A DNA stretch of 64,000 bases from Phoronis australis (Eukaryota > Animalia > Phoronida). The notes below the pieces were generated by a model. The model had not been told where the DNA came from. It did no database searches and saw only the letters and a program-made list of their open reading frames with translations. Both the position numbers and the translations under genes were made by a program. Every line of letters begins with the position of its first letter. Positions within the stretch are counted from its first letter, which is position 1. The stretch spans positions 1,237,277 to 1,301,276 of the forward strand of contig NMRA01000015.1 in the NCBI GenBank assembly GCA_002633005.1, given 5' to 3'. This document shows, piece after piece, positions 39,601 to 49,176 of the stretch.

Positions 39601-42600
39601 ACATCGTGAGATGTAATACAAAGTACGCATTCCACGCGATGCTACTGTGTGAGCGATTTCCTGTGGTTGGTAAGCGTTATATACCTTTAATTACATAGGG
39701 GAAGGAAACAACACAGTGACTCGTGAGCCGCTGTGATTAGATTTCGACGTCAGCTGACACTCCAATTGGAAAAGCACTTTTTAGGCACACAATTACCCGA
39801 TATTTACCGCGATAACGAAGAGTACATATGCATAAATACACGAACACAAAATAATGTAGGCATTCAATCCTTGGTCTTCGCGGATCGGAACGTACCTTTG
39901 TCTACTCAGGGGAAAGAAACAATACAATGACTCGGTTCGTGAACACTCTGATTAGACCACGACATCTGGCAACAGCTGCATAAATGCGAAATCAATGAAA
40001 ACTCGGTAAAGTTCCTAAGCCACCTTTGTCGATCAACAATGTAATCGTGCCGACAAGACGAGCGCCATACGAGAATTAATGATATCGATCGCTTGGTCCA
40101 ATATCACGGGTGAGAAACAACATGACCGCCGGTCCTCTAAACAGGACCTCCGGGGATCAAATGGGACCGCCGCACCAGAAAATGGGACTGACGCACCCAA
40201 AAACATGACCGCCCCACCACAAAACAGGACCGCCGGGGACTGAGTAGTTAAGGCCTTTGTGTGATACTGCGGGTTATGACGTAACCGGTCAGATAGCTGT
40301 GTAAAGACTATCGCCAAAATAAAGCTTGACAGCCTTGCGTTATTGAGCTCCGTTACATCCCCGACATTGCCCACAGCCCGGGTAGTTCTGCTCGTCACCT
40401 CGTCGTGGAACTTACATCAACATGTAGTAGAGCGCGCGACCGATGCAGGCGCATGCAAAATCTAGGCGTCAACCAACACTCACCTTGCAGTTTGCAACCG
40501 CTTGAGTGAAAAACAATCTAATGAACTGTTGTAATAATAAGTGACATGTGCACGCGCCATTTCCTCAGAAAAATTTTGAGACATCTTTCGAAAGATGATG
40601 ACAACTTGGCGGCAACAAGGTTTGTTATGAAATTCGGTTTGCTGGTATTAAAGTACTGAAAACTTATAACGAAATGAAACCAGTTTCGATAATTTGTTGT
40701 GCCAGGTACGCAACCTTGTAGAAGGACAGTTGACTGAAGAATCGGGGGAAAAGGAACCGGCCAATGTAAGCCGACTTAAGAGAACGCAGAATAACGACAG
40801 AACGACAATTTCTCTCGAGCGCCGATGAAATAATTTAGTTTACTCAAGGAAGAGTGTCGTTAAAAAAAATTCGCCGGGTAAAGATTTTACATGTTCAGTT
40901 TTTTACCCACATCGGCGCAAAGCTGTACATTTAATGTACAGCTTTGCCGCACAAAGGCAGCTAGTATGATGATGCTTCACCCGAGAACCAGAACGTCCGT
41001 TTTTTTACTTGACTAACTTTAAACGTCAAATTGGAGAAAATGATTTTCATTTTGTTCTAAAACTTATGCAGTGGATAAAATTATAATTATTTAGCTCAAA
41101 AGCGTACAACGAGGTTGTTTTGTGTTAGATTTATTAAATGTTGACCTTTCAACTGTTTATAAGTCACATACCGCAGCCGGGAGCCTGGTGATGAGTAAAA
41201 CTCAAAAGCGCCGCGTATTACAAAGCGAAGTGTCCTTTGTTGCTCACAAAAGATTTCGGTGGATTAATCGGCACAAGACCTGCATATGCATACGTATATA
41301 GCCCCATTGTATGATCTGTGTAGGCCTAACGGTAATAAATCTTAGCCTGTTAGTTATTGCGGTTTTAGTCCCCGGCGGTCCTGTTTTGTGGTGGGGCGGT
41401 CATGTTTTTGGGTGCGTCAGTCCCATTTTCTGGTGCGGCGGTCCCATTTGATCCCCGGAGGTCCTGTTTAGAGGACCGGCGGTCATGTTGTTTCTCACCC
41501 GTGAATATGGGCCAGAAACTACTTCCTGTGTTAGAATGATGACTTCATTACAATACAGGCCAGATTCCGATAAGGTCGGAGCAGCACATGGCGACAACTA
41601 CCCTTTGGAAGTAGATGAACCAGCCCTAAACAATCAGACAGAACTTTGTATTGGACTATAAAGTAAAACATTGACCAAATGTTAAACACAAACTGTTCAC
41701 AGGCACAAAATTTCAAGTGAGTTAAGATGCCTATTGGCGTCACAGTTTCACTTACTGAAACAATGGACAATAGTCAGGTGGAAATCTCTTTGTTGTGGCT
41801 GTCTTATCAACAGCAGAGCAATTGTGGTAAATCTGTTGTTGACCTGTACCTATAGTACTTTCCACACTCAAAAGTTTCTTAAACCACCGTGACAGAAATC
41901 TAAGTAAGGGGCAAATTGAGACCAGTTTTAAAATGTTGTATTTTTCCATAAGGCAAGACAGCACTCGATTTGGCGACCAATGTGACCTCAGATTATGTTT
42001 GGAGACCTGAGAAACATCTCAAGTATTAATGTCAGACATTAATTCCCCTAAATTTATTTCAAAGTTCGTGTTGACTTTCAAACTTTAAATTACTAACAGG
42101 TTTCCTAGATTTTCACAATTATTCCGTTTATTTTGTGAAATCAGTGCATTTGCCACCACAGCAGTCAGCACATGACAAACGCGCTTAAATTGGCGAGCCC
42201 TAGTGGATTTTGAAGAATTAACCTTATCGTAAAAATTATAAAAACGTTTAGGTAAATACAACTATGATCAATAAATCTAAAACGATACCAACACCAGTGA
42301 GAAAATAAAATAAAAAGGACATCATTTTTGCACTGTAAACAAATTGCCCGTTCAGTGAATAATAAAACTTATAAAGACATTTTAAAAGTGAGCGAAAGAC
42401 GCACTGAAATAAGAAGGGTTTCATCAAAACTTACGATGGTCCGAACTGGGTTATTGCTGATAAATTTCTTAAAGTTGTGTTAAGTTTGTTAGTCTTCCGA
42501 CGTCCAGAATTTAGGGACAATTAGACACGAGTTGGCACTATAAGTAAAATCTCGCCAATTTAGGACACTATACGGTGGAGAAGTGGTTTTTTTTTGGTTT

Positions 42601-45600
42601 TTATGAAAGAGAAACCGCACCAACTAAATATTTTAAGTTCTATACGATAACCACCATCAGACAATGTTTTAGAATTTGTGGTCACTGACAACAATTTTAG
42701 AAATACTTTAATTTAAAAGAATCAATTTTGACAGTTATTTTTGTCCAAAGCTGGTGAGAATTCATCGTTTTTCTCGCTCGATATCTGTACGTTTACACAT
42801 TTCTAAAATCATCAATGAAAATAAAATACCCTCTTCAGTTTTAGATAAGATAAATACCCACGCAGCTCCTGGCCTTCGAGGCATTACAAGAACAACAGTT
42901 TAGATACTTACCCTTTACCAATGATCTAGCTGCTTCTGCATGTACCAATTTGTCCGACTAGACAAACACATTACATTTGTATGCACACATACATACACAC
43001 ACATGCACGCGCACCAACATACACGAGCACAGGCACACACGAACACACGTACAAATGCACTTTTCACTTACACACTGACGATTTCTTCATCAGGTTGTAT
43101 TCTTTACAGTGTTTATACATAGCATCACTTGATCTTTACTTAAGTGTCTGGAAATTACCGATGAGTTACGGATGGACGGCGTTATCTACATTGTGACTTT
43201 ACGCGACAAACTGGCAATTTCCGTTCCGTCCTTGACCTCGAACCGTCAAAGTGCGAGGTGTGTTTGGGCTTTTTGGGAACATTTTTCTACTTTGACTGCG
43301 AATTTCTTGCGCACTCGCTGGAGCAGGACACCGTGAATTGTATTATAAGAAAGAACAATTGCTCATGGTTTGTTGAACCCGTTTTGTGTAAATTTATTGA
43401 ATTATGTGTTTGATGTGAACGGCTGAATCGAAGCACCCGTGGAATTTCTAGTCCCGAGTGTCGTATTTTGTAGTATTATATGTAGTGTATTGGGGACGCG
43501 ATCAGAAGCTGAGGACGCCTGTGTTACTAAGCCTGCCTGAAGGGTTGACAATTTTTTTTGTATTAATTTCAAGGGCATGGAGTCTTCTACTTGCCCTTGT
43601 TATTATTTTGTCCAGTTTTCTCGTGGGGGCAGCTTCGCTATAAGGGTATAACTTACTGCTGGTTTTTAACAAGCATGAAAAGTACCTCCACGGAAACAGT
43701 TCCAGTGTTACCATGGTAATCGATGTTTTAGTGTTGATGCCGTTTTTGCTTACATTGGTCATGGACCTATCATGTGATATCAAAATTATTCAGAAAAGAT
43801 TCTGTTTGAAGCAGAAACTGCAGTAGAAAATGTAGTCAAAAATGACTCATTCCGCATCAAGAAATTGCCTCATTTTGCCCCCCAGAAGACTTTCCTAGTA
43901 CCTCCTAAACCACCGAACTCTGAGATGTCATACTTCACCCCACCCAATTTCTCTCATCCCTAATGTGATTTACTAGACTGAGCATGGTTCTGAATGGCTG
44001 AACCCCACCTTGCCGCTTGTTGGCTGTACTGTGGTCGGTGGATCCGTGGACTGATACTTAATTAATGTATGCTNNNNNNNNNNNNNNNNNNNNNNNNNNN
44101 NNNNNNNNNNNNNNNNNNNNNNNNNNNNNNNNNNNNNNNNNNNNNNNNNNNNNNNNNNNNNNNNNNNNNNNNNNNNNNNNNNNNNNNNNNNNNNNNNNNN
44201 NCCCTCCCTCTCTCTGTTTCTCTCTCTCTCTCTGTCCCTCCTTCCGCCCCTCTTTCTCTCCCTCCCTACCGCTCTCCCCCTCCCTCTCTCCCTCCCCCTT
44301 TTCCTCTTTCTTTGTGTTGTGAAGTTAATTCCCATGTGTGTGGAGCCGCAGTAGAGTAACTTCACACGTAAATAGCGCAATCGGTGTGAAATGCTCTATG
44401 TTCATCGAGTGTTTTGACAACAAGATAAAATAATCTTTTGTTTTCTTTTGATATGCAAAGCTTAAAAACAAAATGAAAGAGATTTCTATGTTTTACAGGG
44501 AGTGACACGCCTCCACCGACGTTAGATCCGATATCTACCAAAATATGGGACATTTACGGAATGGACAATCCTATGTTCAAGGTTGACGAAACAAAGTTGG
44601 AAAAGTGAGTGAAAATATAGGATTTTAACAATTATCTAGTGCACGACATGTTATATTTATCGTTTTGTCAACTACTAACCAAGTGACCAATCAGAAGCAG
44701 TAAAAAAAAACGTTTCTCAAAATTTGCTTTACACTTACAGCCAAAAACCATAGTTGGTTCTGATCTATATCCCGACTCATTTTCAGACCTGTGATCACTG
44801 GCTAAAAAAATCTCCTTTCTGCATCACAAAGACATGCAAGCAACGACTGAAACGTTTTATAAGTGAAAGGTAATAGTCTCTTATAGGGGTCTCGCATTTT
44901 TGAGAACCAGTTTTCTCCAACTTAATAACAGACATCAAACTTGTTCTCAATGTCTGGGCCTCTCTGTGACTATTGCTCATTTAAAAATTTTTATGCGCCA
45001 ACATACCTATATGTGGGTGCATGTTGCCGTCCTATCTGTTTGGGCGTCCGCTGCAGTATCTCCTAAGCACCTTGTAGGATCTTATTGAAATTTGGCAGGT
45101 GTGTTCCTATGTGGCTGACGACAGATGACGAGTTTTGGACCGACCCGAATACTGCTGTGCACCCTAGTGGCAATTTTAGTCCTTTACGTTGTGCCACTGA
45201 ATCTTCGAAGTTGCTTCACGCATTTCCATGATATTTGACAAATAGGTTTTTAACATAAAGGCGACGATGCCATTTTATTTTCGGACGGATTCGACGAATT
45301 TTACGCCACCTTGTGGAGATTTTTGTTATGTTTGTATCCGTTTTCTAGCCTTCGCCTCTCTATCTGTCATTGATACCGCTCAAAGGATCATTATAAGAAT
45401 TTTCAGATGTGTTGCTTAGGAGAAGGCGACGACTGAAGTTGACTTTTGGACGCTTTTTGCGTATGCGACCGATTCTCCTTAACCCTTTGAAGGAGCTTTG
45501 TGAAATTTGAAAGATGCATTCCTGAAGAGCCGTCGAAAAACGGTAGCGAGTGTGGAACTGATTAAGATACCACTGTGCTCCCTAGTGGCAAAATGTTTTT

Positions 45601-48518
45601 TTTACGTTTGCCTCTGTATCTTTTTTTAGAAATGTATTTTCATGAAATTAAGCAAATATTAGGTTTCTATTAAGGAGACGACAATGCCTTCCCATTATCG
45701 GACAGATTTTGATATTTTCTGCGCCGCCTGGTGGTCATTGTTTTATGTCTGCGTCCGTTTTCTGGCGTCCGCTTCCCTATTGATGAGATAGATGATAAAG
45801 CAATGACTGAAGTTGACTACTGTGTCGTCCCCTATTGGAGATTTTGTTTGTTGCGTCTGCAGCCGCCACTCCTTAACCATTTAAAGGAGCTTTGTGAGAT
45901 TTGAAAGATGTGTTTCTATGGAGACGTCGACAAACAGTAACGAGTGTCGAACTGATTCAAATACCACTGTGCCCCCTACCTCTAGCAGCAAAATGTTTTT
46001 ACGTTTACCTCTATATCTCCGGAGTTCATGAATGTATTTTCATGAAATTCGACAAAAAGGTTTGTATTAAGGAGACGACAACGCCTTCTCACTTTCAGAT
46101 TTGATGTTTTCTGTGCTATTTGATGGCCTCTCTAGCTGCCAAACCGATCAACGGACGATTATAAAAATTAGCAGTTGTGTTCCTGATGCGAACACCATGT
46201 CTGATGTTTATTTTCAAATGTTTTTGACAATTCCGGGGCCTTTTAGGAGCAAATTTGCTTGTTTGCAGCTACGGCTGTATCTCCTTAACCCTTTGAATGA
46301 TCCTTGCAAAATTTGGCTGGTGGGCTTGTATAGAGATGGCAACTGATAACGATGAGTTTTAAAGCAATCGGACTATAGCTGTGGCCCCTAGTTTCAATTG
46401 CTTTTTACGTTCGCCTCTATATCTTAGGAGTTCCTTGGCTTATTTTCATGAAATTTGGCAACTAGTTGTGTCTTCCAGAAGCAACACCATCTTCTCAAAT
46501 CTGATGGGTTTGACGCATTCTGCGCCATCTATTGGCTATTGTTATGACACTAAAACACCCAGAGAAGCACACCGTTTGCGGTGCTATCATTGGCGCACTT
46601 CAACGCTCCGTGCTGCTCTTGTGCGTTATTTGGTCATGCGTCCTTAGTGAAAATTACTGAAGCGGAGAATACTTGGCAGAAGGACTGCGTGATTACGTCA
46701 ATTAAAGGGACACATAGCATTTCATTTTACGGAAAATATCAGCTAAAACTAATTTGGATTTTTTAAAGTTTTCAGGTTGCGGAAAACTAGCTAGAGCTTC
46801 CATCTTATACATATTAATTTTGTTGATAAGTCAACGAAAAAGCACACTTATTTTGAGAGATAAAACTCATTATTTCCCATGTTTGTGCTTCCACATAATT
46901 GTTAGTTGTGGGCTCCTGAATATTTAGAGAGTACATTGTGATAATCAAGTAAAATGATTAATTGAAGATGTGGGTTGTGTTTTCAACACAAATTTTTTAT
47001 TGATAAAGCGATGAAGTTAATTAATCGCACGGGTAAAGATAGGGCTGGTGGAGCATCGGGACGTGCTAACATATACCACTGAGAGAACACCAGGTCGGGG
47101 CAACATAGGGCCGGGTGAACGTCTGGACGAGGGAACAGTGATTCCGCGTGATATAGGCTCGGGAAACATTCGCTGGGATTAGCGGGGCGGAGGAATAGGA
47201 CTATGATACAAGGGTCATGGAATAGGACTGTGATACAAGGGTCATGGAATACGGTTTCGCAACCACACTGGGTATCAGAAAAGATGACAATAAGACAGAT
47301 ACTGTGAAGAGTTGTGACAGTTTCTGGGTAATCTTAACTAATTTTCGATGTACTTACAAAACCGTAATGACACTCACCAATTTCTGTTGAAATATACAAT
47401 GACTGTCTGACATACTTATAAACCACAAGTCGTTGAGGAGGGTCAAGCTGAAGCACCGGCAGACCAAAGGGTTGAATATATTGAAGCAGGATTTGTTGTG
47501 CTAAACACAAGGATGTCTGTGGTCATAATCTAAAATCAAGATTAATTTACAGCAAATAGGTTCTTGAACACAAAGAACAGCCCTTCGTGAAAAAGACTTA
47601 GTAAGGGGTTTTCGACCCTTTTTGGTGCTATGTCATTTCTGATAAAAAAAATGTTAACACCGGCCAGGCGGCCTCCTCGTTAGTTAGGAGAAAAATTCAC
47701 GTTGTTCAAATTTGTTGGCTGCGATGTCTGGAAACGTGAAAGTATTCACTCTTCAGCTGAAACTCTGCTCGCTGTCACAAAATATATTCGGTTGCTCGAG
47801 ACGCGTTGCCTCTCCCCGCTGTCGTCCATAAACTCGTCCCAAGCTTGCCGATTTAGCAGATTTCGTAAGAAACTGTCGAACTTGAAACAAACTTTTCAGG
47901 ATTGGCGAAGGTCTAGGTAGAATTGTTTTGTTTCAAACACTTGAGTGGGTGTTAGCTCAGCGTTCATTTAATATCCGTTAATAGTCGAATCCGGGTTTAG
48001 TACCTTTTATGGTATCAGCAAAATCTCCCACATGTATGATATTGCTTTCAAAACATAGATTTTGAATCTTGTTATTTTGTGACTATCACGTATCTGCATC
48101 ATATGTTTATTTTAGGTCACTGTCTCAACAGTCTCTAATCATATGTGATACAGCTTCTCTCAGCACAAGTTATCAACACGAGGACAACAGTGTTAGTTCC
48201 TGTTCACCTCAACAGGTGTCAGCTCAACCCCTCTTCCCAATCTATCCAACAGAGAGAACAAGATCTGCCATGGTAAATATTTTTGAACCACCCAAGAAAC
48301 TTTCTCACAGAAAACCTACAGCCTTAATCAACGACAGACCATCACAAGCAAAACAAGAAAAACGGACCAAAAAACTTGAGGTTGAAATACTGGAGCTCAA
48401 AAAAAGAAAACTCAGTTTAGAAGTGGACATACTGGAACTCCAAAAACAGAAAATGGAGCTTGATATAGACAGCATAAAGCAGACAAAGACTAACACAGTT
48501 GTCAATGGAAGCATTTGA
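18372..48518 (+). CDS. Myb/SANT-like DNA-binding protein (MSANTD / Harbinger-derived type) with C-terminal coiled coil, about 254 aa, 3 exons
   Basis: Exons 18372-18663 (phase 1), 18877-18946 (phase 1 to 2), 48116-48518 join in frame. Linking exon 3 across 29 kb is inferred from phase and domain order. Confidence 0.7.
18877..18946 (+). CDS. Myb/SANT gene exon 2 (VQHVHFVYLEQKLEEVLHSSVGP)
   Basis: CTAAC branch point at 18857, actcag acceptor, gtatgt donor; converts phase 1 to the phase 2 needed by exon 3. Confidence 0.7.
19522..19750. mobile_element. MITE with CATGCGCGCACCCA termini
   Basis: TIRs, 5-bp TSD cccaa/cctaa; same family as 20199-20473 (inverted) and a decayed copy near 62595-62790. 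Confidence 0.8.
20199..20473. mobile_element. MITE, same family as 19522-19750
   Basis: CATGGGTGCACCCAG...CTGGGTGCGCGCATG, TSD ATATA. Confidence 0.8.
21074..21300 (+). repeat. Dispersed repeat, second copy at 51980-52205
   Basis: Alignable by eye (gctacagtttgatacc...aatagcgcagaatc.caatctgttttcgt). Confidence 0.8.
21880..22690 (+). mobile_element. Decayed L1/Tx1-clade LINE reverse transcriptase fragment
   Basis: TNWRPSSLL (~22420) and VLVDFEKAFD..SWEFVHAV (~22610), with stops and frameshifts. Confidence 0.7.
22760..23010 (-). mobile_element. Inverted Penelope-like 3' end / pseudo-LTR with hammerhead remnant
   Basis: Minus strand HSLNRDWGYDQPVIYNFL* (PLE C-terminal LNRD.G motif) followed by a hammerhead-like motif at 22771-22811. 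Confidence 0.65.
22771..22811 (-). ncRNA. Decayed minimal hammerhead ribozyme motif
   Basis: GATCG-AAGA-A-GGGTC-GGGTAG-GACCC-GAA-AGCT-ATG-CGATC: stem I, stem II and GAAA intact, CUG of CUGANGA missing. Confidence 0.5.
23330..24640 (+). mobile_element. Decayed Penelope-like retroelement (RT + GIY-YIG endonuclease)
   Basis: PFRHIVS, ISFGVTALFTRIPVDDAI, VDDTF, KVTIEHPNDGHLPFL..KITIYR.PTYTDQYLNF, ECPASYI...RNLGTRV; many frameshifts. Confidence 0.85.
24990..25560. mobile_element. MITE-like element with imperfect TIRs
   Basis: actctctggttcc..gaacacgcaggtatcatt vs aatgatacctgcgtgttc..ggaaccagcgagt. Confidence 0.6.
25165..30907 (+). repeat. Direct duplication: 25165-28155 and 28160-30907, joined at a single N
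   Basis: Near-identical copies with indels; duplicated ORF-track entries (e.g. 27575/30327, 28017/30769). Confidence 0.95.
27672..27797. mobile_element. MITE (..GGCAGATCC/GGATCTGCCCCTG), duplicate at about 30424-30549
   Basis: TSD TTGAG on both sides. Confidence 0.75.
31417..32862 (-). mobile_element. Kolobok-like element with long imperfect TIRs and a decayed P2X7-ballast-like (KolX-type) gene
   Basis: Flanked by CTAA/TTAA, AG termini, TIRs alignable over more than 85 bp (gatacgg..ttgattatcccagacatat); minus strand EYTFEPEYS...WCECKLC..MPTSIECMCC. Confidence 0.7.
35690..36070. repeat. GT-rich low-complexity (GGT/GTG) tract
   Basis: Degenerate ggt/gtg runs. Confidence 0.85.
36809..39604 (-). 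CDS. Intronless type I membrane protein: signal peptide, more than 20 LRRs in two blocks, LRRCT, Ig-like domain, TM, short tail (931 aa)
   Basis: LxxLxLxxNxI repeats, GNPLHCNC LRRCT, CVFSGDPAP...YLCEAENMMG Ig, hydrophobic TM IALIVCATGFAVSSIGLVLALGY. Confidence 0.95.
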   Translation of the reverse strand: MYFNSLLIMLNCMAVIMSVVSSQCKKPIPVLTEKFMEKYWGRRFIVLHNCRIQKIQAGAFLPVRDYTVSLTISMNNLTTLDDGSFEQLTNLQFFRLERNAIMHLSERSFEGLTSLLSLDLGDNEISYIPEDVFSPLPSLKYLDVEANKLTSLRHAQFKGLRELRRLSLAFNNVSHIEQGTFEDLRELVELDLSHNGLLSIQPDFCHDIPNLRSLRLSNNQIRSLQKSPFLKCNSLVSLALDENRIDELQQDSLAGLGVLERLSIAGNGMTKIHDSALSSVAKLNVLHLQRNNFLNSLSESTFAAVLHLEKLSLYSSNIYELPEGIFENLSSLYHLYLSGNKMTNLTRGMLNGLSSLTELIVSNNGLSYVDFNTFQQIKNLEVLDISDNNLTKTFHFPESLKVLEIRGNILSFVPRYPFFNRTLEVLSIEARMPEDFPSIFVSSTLRIFLHTINDNSTFQKSISAPMIHIHYLGRRGVTIGRTFLENIQGLDINLSWMKIGRIESHAFSHQTTTHALCLDSNMLTTISAPTFFGLGNLKSIDLSKNSIHLIEPGTLKALPNLTSLALTDNKLKILDQHMLTSNSLKLAFFSSNLIEHVGEAAFQKLPNLEVLNLYGNRLHYVDLAMFKNASRSLLYLDLRHNMIQQIEPDSFNNLPNLKHLSLTNNRLMTIQAKLFGNMKKLRSLQLAHNQIESIAENALPQATQVDISYNKLRSISMYSFRKMAVAKSTQPMRLFFQGNPLHCNCFLQPLQECLRNGSLMFLPNSNRVCSTPATVTMRTFTSFNLTCQKPVFTRLAIMTEAEVATVECVFSGDPAPKVQIRNLPKSILNVSGHSSYPYSSRKVAVSARNMQLPRVNEYLCEAENMMGHAVFKLGKSQSIHKNADGVRNINEGVEIALIVCATGFAVSSIGLVLALGYMRLITRQELEESST
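40105..41503. mobile_element. 1.4-kb non-autonomous DNA transposon, perfect 137-bp TIRs, 5-bp TSD
   Basis: 40105-40241 is the exact reverse complement of 41367-41503; CACGGG termini; TSD AATAT. Confidence 0.95.
44074..44201. other. Assembly gap (N run)
   Basis: Ns in sequence. Confidence 1.
44202..44310. repeat. CT-rich microsatellite / polypyrimidine tract
   Basis: (CT)n and CCCT runs. Confidence 0.9.
44988..46622 (+). mobile_element. Older copy of the HINE family seen at 3373-4935
   Basis: 5' tttttatgcgccaacatacctatatgtgggtgcat, 3' tggcgcacttcaacgctccgtgctgctcttgt, internal units with cctagtggca. Confidence 0.75.
47192..47250. repeat. 27-bp tandem duplication
   Basis: gaataggact(a/g)tgatacaagggtcatg x2. 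Confidence 0.8.
48116..48518 (+). CDS. Terminal exon with coiled coil (KKLEVEILELKKRKLSLEVDILELQKQKMELDI)
   Basis: ttattttag acceptor, ORF 48069..48518, heptad repeats typical of MSANTD C-termini, TGA stop. Confidence 0.75.
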
Positions 48519-48728
48519 GGACGGTCTGCGATCATTTAAGAAAATTTGGTTACATGAAGCGTTACCATAGTGTTACATGATGACCTTTTAAAGATAAGTT
48601 GAAAATTACCTACATCGAGACCGAGAAAATCGGTCAGTGCAGAATCATTCAAAACACTTTAAAATCCGGTAAATATGTGTGTATGTATATATGTATGCAT
48701 GTATGTATGTAATGTATATTATTAGAAA

Positions 48729-48845
48729 ACACTAGCTTTCGAACCTTAATGGGCGTGGCTCTTTATCAGTGTGAAAAAAGTCTTTCGCGCCACTTGTTTT
48801 TACATCTCATGAAAAGCCACACCCATTCAGGTTCGAAAGCTAGCG
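48729..48845. ncRNA. Inverted pair of hammerhead-like motifs (degenerate); repeated at 49203-49325
   Basis: Minus: CTGATAA-A-GAGCC-loop-GGTTC-GAAAGCTAG; plus: CTCATGA-A-AAGCC-loop-GGTTC-GAAAGCTAG. Confidence 0.45.
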
Positions 48846-48846
48846 C

Positions 48847-49176
48847 TTTTTATGCGCCCACATATTTATATGTGGACGCATTATGCCGTCATCTCTGTCC
48901 GTCCGTCCGTCCGTCCGTCCGTCCGGGCGGCGTCCGGCCGGCGTCTGGCGTCCGGCGTCGGCTGCTCTATCTCCAAAACCCTTTGACATACGTTCATGAA
49001 ATTTGGCAGATATGTTTCATTCATGAATGGGACGGCATGTGCGAACTTTCGGACGGATCCGACAACCGGTGTGCCCCCTAGTGGCAATTTTAGTTTTTTA
49101 CGCTTACCTTTGTATCTTCAAAAGTCCTGAACGGATTTTCATGAAATTTGGTATGTAGGCACCTAGTAGTGAGATG
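48847..49176 (+). mobile_element. 5' part of a young HINE copy, cut by the N join
   Basis: tttttatgcgcccacatatttatatgtggacgcattatgccgtc + (GTCC)n, nearly identical to the 5' end of 3373-4935. Confidence 0.85.

Noticed and set aside
43502-43783. ORF with LDKIITRASRRLHAL
   Set aside because: Looks like a short LINE C-terminal remnant, too weak to call and not a host gene
43794-43963. Open frame after ttcag (EKILFEAETAV...) as an extra or alternative Myb-gene exon
   Set aside because: Weak polypyrimidine tract, no recognisable motif, wrong phase after exon 2; the 18877 exon already explains the frame
43973-44380. ORFs spanning the N gap
   Set aside because: Artefacts of Ns and the CT microsatellite
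47945-48000. tRNA-like sequence (tagctcag...gtcgaatcc)
   Set aside because: No cloverleaf; at most a decayed SINE head
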